From the IMG/VR virus record IMGVR_UViG_3300028844_006278: a stretch of 64,000 bases of DNA. One strand, written 5' to 3'. Below the pieces are notes generated by a model that was given only the letters and a program-made list of their open reading frames with translations, was not told the DNA's origin and searched no databases. The stretch is from a virus. How positions within the stretch are numbered: position 1 is the stretch's first letter; each line of letters begins with the position of its first letter. Shown here piece by piece: positions 10,196-18,600 of this stretch. Position numbers and translations under genes: made by a program.

Positions 10196-12466
10196 TTACA
10201 ACCTAACCGGGTCTAGCACTTTAGGAACATATGATGTGCCCTCGTGCTTGCTACTGGATCCTAACTGGGCTGCCTCTAGGAATGACTTTTTAAGGCCAAA
10301 CCCGGATAATCGTACTTTCCAGTCGGGATCGCTTCCGAGGACACCCATCGCTCTAACCACGTGCGGCTCGAATCCGGGCCCCTCTTTATGAGTAACAATA
10401 GTCTCTACCCCGTTATCTTCCAAATCTTTCGCAATCTTCGACGTTACTTTAGTACCTATAGAGTAATGCATGGTAGGCTTCTCCAGGTACGTACCTACCG
10501 CCCGCTTTGGGCGCAAAGGGTTAGAATCCTTACGTGGAATGTACTCACTAGCTAGCTGAGTATATGGAACAATGTCGGATATAGCATATCCCATAACGCC
10601 TTCCGGTCGTGTGATTTTAACTTTATCGAAGAATGCTCTGGACAATACCTCTACATTACGTCTATGCGAGGATACTCCGTTTTTTGTAAGGATCTCGTAG
10701 AACTTGTCTTGGAAGTACCGGCGGCCTTCCCCTAGCCCTTTCGCCTGCGCGATCTCTGCAGGGTTAGGAGTGCCGTCTGTGAGCACATCTCCAGAAGTCA
10801 CCTCATCTCCCACCTTTACGGTAATATTCCGTGTACCTGGAGAGTATTCTGGCTCTCCGTCTATATACACGTACTTGCCTCCTTGAGGGGCGTCTACGAT
10901 GCGTGTGACCTTGCCGTCTCGTTTAGACAGCACTGCGCCTCCCTTGAAAGTCTTAGGAACCTGGACGAATTGGTTTACCTCGTCGAACCCTGACACGTTG
11001 GACGTGTTCTCCCCTACCACTCCGCCTAAGTGCTTGGCGGATAGCGCGAGCTGCTGGGTCATTGGCTCTGATAATACTCGAGCAGACTCGATACCTATGT
11101 ATGCTCCCATAGGCGGGAACTTATTCTGATCTCGTTTTCCGGAACACATCTGACATACGCCTTCCGGCATCTGGCAGGTTAGTAGTGACCGGATCATTAC
11201 TCGCTTGCCTCTCAGGGTAGCGAGATCTTTACGGGATACGGCAGTATTTCTGGAGATGCCTTCAGTGTCCCGAGAGATGACTGATCCTAGTATCTCGGGG
11301 TCATCTCCATCTACCATAAGACCTACCCCATCTGCCCCGCAGTCCTTCCCGGTAACTCGAATGTGCTGCGACATAGCTGCGAGCTGTTTACCTAGAAATC
11401 CTGTCTTGGCCGTTGCGAACTGTACGTCTGAGTTGCTGACGATAAGGCCGTTCGCTAGTACGAACATATGATCGGGGTGATCTACTTCCAGGTCGTACGT
11501 AGGAGTTAGACCGAGGGGCTCCGGATCACTCTGCTTCTTTAAGAATCCTGCTTTGGTCCACTCGTCCTTATCTAAGACAAGGGTCTTGTCGCTAACTCTA
11601 CAGCGAGTCGCCTCTCCGATTGGATTCATATCTCCGCCTCGGGTCGCCAGTATCTTGTGATCCGGGGTAGCCTCTATGTATATGGAGGCTCCGCTACCGA
11701 AGTGGTATCTGTAGACGACTCTTACGCCGTTGTAGTGCCTGTCGATAACCTGTACTGGGAATGTATCTCCGGCAGGGCCGGATCCGAGCACCCATTCGCC
11801 GGGCCCTATGTCCTCTATACGCTTAACAGACGTGTCCGCCATCCGCACCAGAGTGTTGGGAGACAAGCAGTATCCTTTTCGCGACGCGTACGACCCTGCC
11901 CAGAACTCCGGACCAGTCACTCCTTCTCCGTATCCGTGCATTCCAGGGATAGGTACAGGGCGATCTCTGTGGTCTGCTACTAACATGTCGCCGAACAGGA
12001 GCTGCGTGAGCTGGGTCGGTGATCCGCGTAGTCCTTGCTTCACCATCTCCCCGTATGCGTTTGGACGAGTCTCCAGTTCGGCTAGTAGCGTCTTCTGGAT
12101 AGTCGGCATAGCCTTCTGCATAGTCGACATGATCTGCTCGTCCTTCTGCGCTGAAGTCAAGGCGTTGCTCTGAGAGATGGCCCGTATCTTCTCTTGCAGC
12201 TGCTTACGATATGCCTTTGTCTTCGGTGGCAGCCTAAGGTCTGTAAGCCGCAACGAGGATGTTCCTCCGTACTCAGTCGCAACTACCCGGGAGATATCGG
12301 AGAGTCTTTTCAGCACCGTCACGTAATCGTCCGGGTGCTTCTCTGCTAACTCTTGGAAGAACGCCGACGAAGTCTTCTTGTTTAAGACTCGTCCGGGCTC
12401 TCGCATAGACTCGGGGATCGCCTGGTCTATGAGTATCCTCCCTAGCGTTGTACGGGCAGCGGGCAT
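10196..12466 (-). CDS. DNA-directed RNA polymerase, beta' C-terminal half (with mini-intein)
   Basis: Start probably MPAARTTLGR at 12466. TTLGRIL; bridge helix SRKGY|SDVQFATAKTGFLGKQL; Zn site DCG...RSLLTC...GVCQMC; trigger loop EPMTQQLALSAKHLGG; VKVGDEV..GDVLTDGTPNPAEI; HRRNVEVL. All align to bacterial RpoC motifs. Confidence 0.92.
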   Translation of the reverse strand: MPAARTTLGRILIDQAIPESMREPGRVLNKKTSSAFFQELAEKHPDDYVTVLKRLSDISRVVATEYGGTSSLRLTDLRLPPKTKAYRKQLQEKIRAISQSNALTSAQKDEQIMSTMQKAMPTIQKTLLAELETRPNAYGEMVKQGLRGSPTQLTQLLFGDMLVADHRDRPVPIPGMHGYGEGVTGPEFWAGSYASRKGYCLSPNTLVRMADTSVKRIEDIGPGEWVLGSGPAGDTFPVQVIDRHYNGVRVVYRYHFGSGASIYIEATPDHKILATRGGDMNPIGEATRCRVSDKTLVLDKDEWTKAGFLKKQSDPEPLGLTPTYDLEVDHPDHMFVLANGLIVSNSDVQFATAKTGFLGKQLAAMSQHIRVTGKDCGADGVGLMVDGDDPEILGSVISRDTEGISRNTAVSRKDLATLRGKRVMIRSLLTCQMPEGVCQMCSGKRDQNKFPPMGAYIGIESARVLSEPMTQQLALSAKHLGGVVGENTSNVSGFDEVNQFVQVPKTFKGGAVLSKRDGKVTRIVDAPQGGKYVYIDGEPEYSPGTRNITVKVGDEVTSGDVLTDGTPNPAEIAQAKGLGEGRRYFQDKFYEILTKNGVSSHRRNVEVLSRAFFDKVKITRPEGVMGYAISDIVPYTQLASEYIPRKDSNPLRPKRAVGTYLEKPTMHYSIGTKVTSKIAKDLEDNGVETIVTHKEGPGFEPHVVRAMGVLGSDPDWKVRLSGFGLKKSFLEAAQLGSSSKHEGTSYVPKVLDPVRL
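11432..11869 (-). mobile_element. Mini-intein (146 aa, no endonuclease)
   Basis: Starts CLSPNTLVRMAD, block B IEATPDHKIL, ends TYDLEVDHPDHMFVLANGLIVSN followed by Ser+1; removal restores the bridge helix. Confidence 0.9.
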
Positions 12467-12470
12467 AGAG

Positions 12471-13028
12471 TTATCTAAACTTATTATCGATGATGTTACC
12501 AAACACGGTGCCGAGGAACGGCACTGCCTGCCCTACCTCTATCCCCCTATCCTTCCAAGTCCTACCGTCTATCTTACCTGTAAGATGTTTTGCTATAGAC
12601 ATGAGCTTGGCCTTTCTAGTAGGGTCCTTTTCAGACGTGGCGGCTTCGGTAAGCACTTGGCGGCGAGCGATCAGCGCATTTCGGTGCTTTAGATTAGGTG
12701 CCCGAGTCCTTGCTTTTTTAGCATTGCCCTCGATATCTCCCTGTAGGATTCCTCTCTGGGAGTTGATAAAATCTATCTCTTCCTTAGAGATATCTGACGT
12801 GGGGTTGCCTAGAACGTAGTCTTTATATTGACCTAAGCTGGATATACCCTTCCGTCTTCCCTGCATGAGCTCCCCTGCTGCAAGACCAACGCCTGCTCCG
12901 ACGCCACCTCCAATCAGATACTTGTTGAAGGTCCTATCGGACTCGGGCACGAGCTTGCGGGTTAGCGCGACTCCGATGACAGCGCCGAGCGGGGTCGTAA
13001 CTAGTGATGGGTTGATTGGATCCTTCAT
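12471..13028 (-). CDS. Hypothetical glycine-zipper protein
   Basis: LGAVIGVAL and LIGGGVGAGVGLAAG hydrophobic segments. Confidence 0.55.
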   Translation of the reverse strand: MKDPINPSLVTTPLGAVIGVALTRKLVPESDRTFNKYLIGGGVGAGVGLAAGELMQGRRKGISSLGQYKDYVLGNPTSDISKEEIDFINSQRGILQGDIEGNAKKARTRAPNLKHRNALIARRQVLTEAATSEKDPTRKAKLMSIAKHLTGKIDGRTWKDRGIEVGQAVPFLGTVFGNIIDNKFR

Positions 13029-13033
13029 CTGGA

Positions 13034-13834
13034 CTACTCCGCGTACTGGCCGAGGGCCCGCAGTACTTGAATAAGGGCGTTATCTTGGTCGGCGGCCTCT
13101 AGCTGCTGCGGCATCTCCGTGGGGACCGGCATGGGCGGCAGTTCTGCCATAGGGGGAAGGGCCTCTGGCATGGGCATCTCGCCTGCGGGCGGAAGTGCGC
13201 TTAGGGAGTCCGGTGTCAGATTAGCGACGCTTGGAGGGAGCGCAGCCTCCCCTCCCTCTGGAACTGTCTCCGGAACAGAGACGCCCATGGTATTAGCCAT
13301 CTGGACAAGCAGAGACTCTAGCTCATCGATGCGGGACTCCAGCTCCTTATTGGTGACTCTGGAAGATTCCTCCTCCTTTGCAGGGGGCTGGGAGGCAGCG
13401 GCGGCCTCGATCAGCATCTGCAGATCCTGTGCCGACAGGGTAACAGGCTGTGCTTCCATGCCTGCCATCCCGGGATCTCCTGGACCGGCAGCTGGCATAC
13501 CCATCATACTAGGGTCCATCGGAGGCATCGGCGGTGCGCCGCCCATCATACTAGGATCCATCATGCTAGGGTCCATCGGAGGCATCGGCGGTGCGCCGCC
13601 CATCATGCTAGGGTCCATCGGAGGCATCGGCGGTGCGCCGCCCATCATACTAGGATCCATCATGCTAGGATCCATCGGAGGCATCGGCGGTGCGCCGCCA
13701 GCTAGTGCGGGATCCTCTGCAGGTGGCAGGGCACCCATCTGTCCCGGTACTGCTGCTGCTGGCGCGGGAGCTGGGGGGGCGTATGCCTCCTTGGTTAGGT
13801 GCATTACTTTATTTAGTAGGTCTTTATTCAACAT
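13034..13834 (-). CDS. Pro/Met-rich low-complexity protein
   Basis: TKEAY near N-terminus, repeats of GGAPPMPPMDPSMM, short coiled coil. Confidence 0.65.
   Translation of the reverse strand: MLNKDLLNKVMHLTKEAYAPPAPAPAAAVPGQMGALPPAEDPALAGGAPPMPPMDPSMMDPSMMGGAPPMPPMDPSMMGGAPPMPPMDPSMMDPSMMGGAPPMPPMDPSMMGMPAAGPGDPGMAGMEAQPVTLSAQDLQMLIEAAAASQPPAKEEESSRVTNKELESRIDELESLLVQMANTMGVSVPETVPEGGEAALPPSVANLTPDSLSALPPAGEMPMPEALPPMAELPPMPVPTEMPQQLEAADQDNALIQVLRALGQYAE
13500..13699. repeat. Coding tandem repeat (42- and 57-bp units)
   Basis: Four near-identical copies of ctagg(g/a)tccatcggaggcatcggcggtgcgccgcc, with an optional 15-bp DPSMM unit. Confidence 0.9.
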
Positions 13835-13874
13835 CGGGATATCTTATGCCTCTTAGGTGATTCGGATATTGCTA

Positions 13875-14405
13875 TTAATTTGAAGTGTACCCCGATATAA
13901 ATGCGGAAACATTTATTGTCGGCATTTGAGAAGCGCACTTCCATTTTCTGCGTGCCTTACATATTCTCTTATCAGGAGTCTTTGAGCAATCTATATTATG
14001 CATCTTGCGCTGTCCATCGGATCTAGCGCAGAAGCTCTTTCTTCTCTTAGACGCCGCGCCCCCCTTTTTAACTTTACCTGTGACAGGCGCTTTTAAGTTA
14101 CTGCCTGGGTTTTCTCTCTCGTAAGACTTACGGCCAGCTTCGTTTAGGCCGCCTTCTCTATTCTGTCCCTTCTTACGAGTCCATGCAGGGCTCTTCTTTT
14201 TCTTATCCTTAGCCTCTTTGAATGCTGTCACGAACCTTACAAATTCGTTATCGCTTGAGGCTTTCTTCGCAAACTCCTCCAACTTATCTTCGGACATGCT
14301 GTTGGCGATCTCTTTTACCTTATCTGAAGCGTCCGGGCTCTCTCCTCGCTTATATGCTAGAGCCGCTCCAAAAAGTTTACGCTGATTTTCAGATTTAGCA
14401 GGCAT
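13875..14405 (-). CDS. Small basic protein, DUF3008-like plus DUF6321-like domains
   Basis: Start MPAKS at 14405 (GAGGAG upstream). MPAKSENQRKLFGAALAYKRGE..MSEDKLEEFA resembles DUF3008; SPAWTRKKGQNREGGLN..RRKSFCAR..KWKC resembles DUF6321 (from memory). Confidence 0.6.
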   Translation of the reverse strand: MPAKSENQRKLFGAALAYKRGESPDASDKVKEIANSMSEDKLEEFAKKASSDNEFVRFVTAFKEAKDKKKKSPAWTRKKGQNREGGLNEAGRKSYERENPGSNLKAPVTGKVKKGGAASKRRKSFCARSDGQRKMHNIDCSKTPDKRICKARRKWKCASQMPTINVSAFISGYTSN

Positions 14406-14406
14406 C

Positions 14407-15639
14407 TTACTTCTCTCCTCCATTGAACATATCTCTTGATATCCTTAGCTTAGATCCTGGGTCGTATCCGGGAAAATCTTCTCTCCGGCTGTTTATACCC
14501 ACTGCATCTGCCAAGGACTGTACGAATGTGTTGGAGTTTACTCCTCGGCCTAGAATGTTCTTCCATATGGGTGGGTACATGTAGGGATTCTCCCTTTCGT
14601 TATATCTGTAGGCTTCCCCAGCCTTTAGTACTTTACTTATGATGTCGTCGGTGCTCTTCCCTTGGTTGACAGATCTGCTGATGTGCGTCTCCCAGAACTT
14701 AGGTAACTTGGGATTCTCCTGTGTTGAGAAGTACTCTCGAAAAGCCTTTACATCGTTTCCGTAGTTCCTATGGTACCGGAGCCTGCGTCTGCTGAAGAAA
14801 CTAGGTTTAACATTGTATGCTCCTACTATGATGGCAGGAGTGTCTCCGTACTTATCTACCGCATTGCCGAATCTATTGGGATCTTGTGGAACCAATATGA
14901 AGAACTGGTGTCTGCCTATAGGGGCCTTGCCGACGCCTGTGTCCATAGCGACTCTTCTCGATCCTATGTATATGCCGGGATTAAGGTTCTTGCTGTGTAC
15001 TAGTTCCTTGCCTTTCTTCTTCGCCGCAGACTTGAATAGCTTCGTAGGCAGGCGGATGTCGTTCCCTATATCGCCCTTGGGGAAATCCTGCCTGCGCTTA
15101 TCTATGCCTGCCACGTCGGCTAAGGTCTGTGCGAAGGTGTTAGAGTTAGGCCGCATTCCGAGGAGATTGGGAGCGAGGGCCGGGTAATACACTGGGCGCT
15201 TCGCTGTAGATTTCTCGTACGCCTTGCCTGCAGTCAGCATCCTACGGATAGTGTCGTCAATATCTTTCTTTGGGATAATGGGCCGGCTCAGTACGGGCTT
15301 CCAAAAGGCCTTAGACTTGGGGCTGCCTGAGTGTGTGTCTGTGTACTCTCGGATGGCTGCTAGATCGTCTGGCTCGTTCTGTCGGTACTTGAGACGGGGC
15401 CTGGATAGGACCCTTTCCCCCGGGACCCGGTATCCTCCGACCAATATTCCGCGATTGCCGTTGCCTAGATCGACGTCCAGTCCTTTGAACTTCTCGGGCT
15501 TATTAGGCACCATCACGAAGAATTGGTGGCGGAAGTAGGAGGGGTTCGCCGGGCTGTTCGCATTGGCTACTCGGCGCGTGCCTAGGTATATGCCTGGAGC
15601 AAGCGTTCCGGTTTCTATGAGTTTATCTTGCTGCTTCAT
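14407..15639 (-). CDS. Tandem two-domain protein, permuted papain-like fold candidate
   Basis: Two ~195-aa repeats, each PGIY.G.RRVA..RHQFF..VP...Y.P....LG...NSNTF.Q.LAD..GI..RR.DFP..D.G. Confidence 0.6.
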   Translation of the reverse strand: MKQQDKLIETGTLAPGIYLGTRRVANANSPANPSYFRHQFFVMVPNKPEKFKGLDVDLGNGNRGILVGGYRVPGERVLSRPRLKYRQNEPDDLAAIREYTDTHSGSPKSKAFWKPVLSRPIIPKKDIDDTIRRMLTAGKAYEKSTAKRPVYYPALAPNLLGMRPNSNTFAQTLADVAGIDKRRQDFPKGDIGNDIRLPTKLFKSAAKKKGKELVHSKNLNPGIYIGSRRVAMDTGVGKAPIGRHQFFILVPQDPNRFGNAVDKYGDTPAIIVGAYNVKPSFFSRRRLRYHRNYGNDVKAFREYFSTQENPKLPKFWETHISRSVNQGKSTDDIISKVLKAGEAYRYNERENPYMYPPIWKNILGRGVNSNTFVQSLADAVGINSRREDFPGYDPGSKLRISRDMFNGGEK

Positions 15640-15646
15640 ATGTCTA

Positions 15647-18600
15647 CTATTCCAGTATGGTGATGGGGTCGTCTATTGCTATCTTACCTGACCTATACGC
15701 CTTTCTTGCATCGGCCACGGTATTGAATACAGCGGCTGTCTTATCTGCAGGAGCCTTGGTAGCTAGATATAGCCCCTGCAGATATTCATTGGAAAGCTTA
15801 TACGATGCCTGTCCTGATCGGGCGGAGATTAGATTGCGGTCCGGCATCATGCGGTCGACCACTTGGGATACCGCCTCGTCCGAGACAGGAACGGTGAATG
15901 ACGCTGTGTCTCCGTCATAGTCCATGGCGAATGGCCCTACAATGGCCGGAGGCACTTGGACGGTAGATCCTTTTACGAGTACCGGCCAGAATCCCATGAC
16001 ACTGTACTTGTGTAAGGTAGGCGCCCGATTTAAGATGACAGGGCGCTTGGTGATAACAGACTGCAACGACTTGTACGCTAGGGGTGAGTGATCTTTGACC
16101 GCTGTTGCAGCCTCTGTGGCAGGGACGCCCTGTCGCACAAGGTCTCGGATAACAAACGGCTCGTATAGATTCCAAGCAAGCTTCTCTGGGATGCCCGCTT
16201 GGTTGAGTAGAAGGGACGGATTAGGTGCGACTACGCCTAGTCCCGACATATCGATATTAGTCCCTAGAACTCGGCGCTGAATGAAGCCTGTCTTCGGACT
16301 TCCTTTTCCGAATATGTGCGAAAGGATGCCCTTTACGTTCTTCTGTACGAGCTGATCCTTCTTCGGATCGGATACACCGATGAGAGCCTTGTAGCTATCC
16401 CATAGATCTCTTCGAGCATCGTTACGCATATCTGCCGGTAGTCCCTCTGTCTCGTTATAGTCGGAGATAGACTCCACTAGAGACTTATACAGGTAGTTCG
16501 GGTCGGCCACCATCGTCATCCCTCCCTGTGCTGATATAGGACGGAACCGAGGCGGAAGTACCGGAACTCGGGTCATCATGAAGTCCGATGGCTTCACCTT
16601 GTTAGTTTCGAAAGCATGTAGGAATCGGAACTTTTTTACAGCATCGTCGCGCTTAGATCTGATGCCGTGCTTTATCTCGTGCAGCGCCTTGGCCTTTTCT
16701 GCCTTGACGTCGATTCTACCTAGCTTGTCGGCTAGAGCGTCCTCTCCGGAGGCCACTAAATCCTCCATCTCGGTTCTTTTTAGGCCCAATATACGCCGTA
16801 TAGGGTCTACCATGATAGGGTTAGGCATGGCCGTAGGGAGGTCAATGTATGCCCATCTGTCGCCGTTAGCCGAGCTTCCGGTAGCGTCGGGGTCAAATAG
16901 GCCTCCTGGGATGGGCTTAAGACCTTTTGCTGTATATGTATCACCGGTAGAGATCTTTCTATTTCCGGTAAGGTCTTTTGCCTGTTGGTTGGTCATAGAG
17001 AATATGTCGTCGGAGAACGCGCCTTCCGACAGATGTACTCCGCCTGCTCTGAGGAGGTCCTTAAACTTCTCGTAGACTAGCGGAGTCTTCGGCATGGTAG
17101 GGGTCTGTCCCAGCTTCAGCTGACGCCAGAACATATCGTTCTTCTGCCCCTTGATGAGCTTCATGTCCTTGAGGACCTCTGTCGCCCCGTGTGCTAAAAG
17201 AGCCTCTTGGTACATCTTGCCTAGGTGTTTAGCGCCTGTCTTGCCTCCCTTGGCCGGCTGGTCCTCTGCTGTGTACTTAGCCTGTGATCTGGACTTGCCT
17301 TTACCTTCGGACGTATGCTGCATCTTGTAGAAGTACGTCACTCCGGTAAATATCTGGGGGATCTTCTTCCCGGTTCTCGGATCTACTAGGTCCTCTCTAT
17401 CGGATAGTCTATTCTTCTGGAGCTCGCTATGGGTGAACTCTATCATGTCTTCGTCTGAGAATCCCGGTAAGACGTAGGGCTTGCCTGTCTTCTCTGCGAT
17501 CTTGCCTAGCTGGGCCTCTAGCTTCTGTGCCGGGTTAGTTCTGCTGACTACTCCCAGGGGAGACAGTATGACGTCCATCTTTCTGCCCTTAGGGTCCGTC
17601 GGCATCTCAGAGTCCTTGATCACCTTAGAGATTACGCCCTTGCCGCCGTGCCGCATGGCCAGTTTATCTCCTACGCCCATGGGTATGTTCGTACGGACAT
17701 TGATGTAGTACTGCTCTTTGCCTTCGGTCGCGTCTGTGACTACTCCGGGGTGTCTCTTCTCCCACAGCACTGCCTTGTTGGAGCGCATGCGGCGGCCAAG
17801 GGATCCACCGGCATGCGGATCCTGCTCGGACATCGCCAGAGCAAGCGGATCTCCATATCGTACGACCGATCCGGGCTTTATCATCCCCGTCGTTTCGTCG
17901 ATCTTAGCGAGCTGCTCTTTATTGAAGGCGGCGGGGAAATTAGCTCTGAACTTATCCTTAGAGACAGACAGGTCCTTTTCCTTCTTGAACTTAGCATGAT
18001 ACATATGCTCTGACGTGAGCTTCTTAGCTGCCGTCTCGGATATAACAATGGCATCCTCGAACACCAGTCCGTCATAGTTCCAGTACGCTACGCGGAGATT
18101 AGTCCCGAGGGCCGCTACTCCCTTATCGCTGGTGAAGTTACTGGCTGCGAGCATGTCGCCCTTCTTCACCTTGTCTCCGGCCTTTACTAGGGCCTTGTTG
18201 CGGATGTACGTGGATCGGGCATACGGAAAGTTCTCGTACAGATCCACGGATCCCTCGGATCCGTCCGCATAGGTTAGGTCTACTCTATTCTTGCGGACGG
18301 CCTTAACTGTGGCGTCCCTAGAGGCGCGCACTGCTCCGAGATGGCCGCCTATGCGTCTCTCCATGCTGGTGCCGCTTCCGGGATCGGTAGTTCTTACTAG
18401 CGGAGCCTCTCTGCTCACCAGAGGAAGTGCCTGGGGCCCAAATTTCGAGCCCATTAATAAACGCATTCCCTTATCTCCGGATTTCAGAGGAACCAGGTTA
18501 GCCCCATCGCTAAACATATCATCGTTGTTCGGTACGACGTAATCGATGTCTTCACGCTTTACCCATGCCATGCCCTTATTAGGCACCATCGCAATTACGT

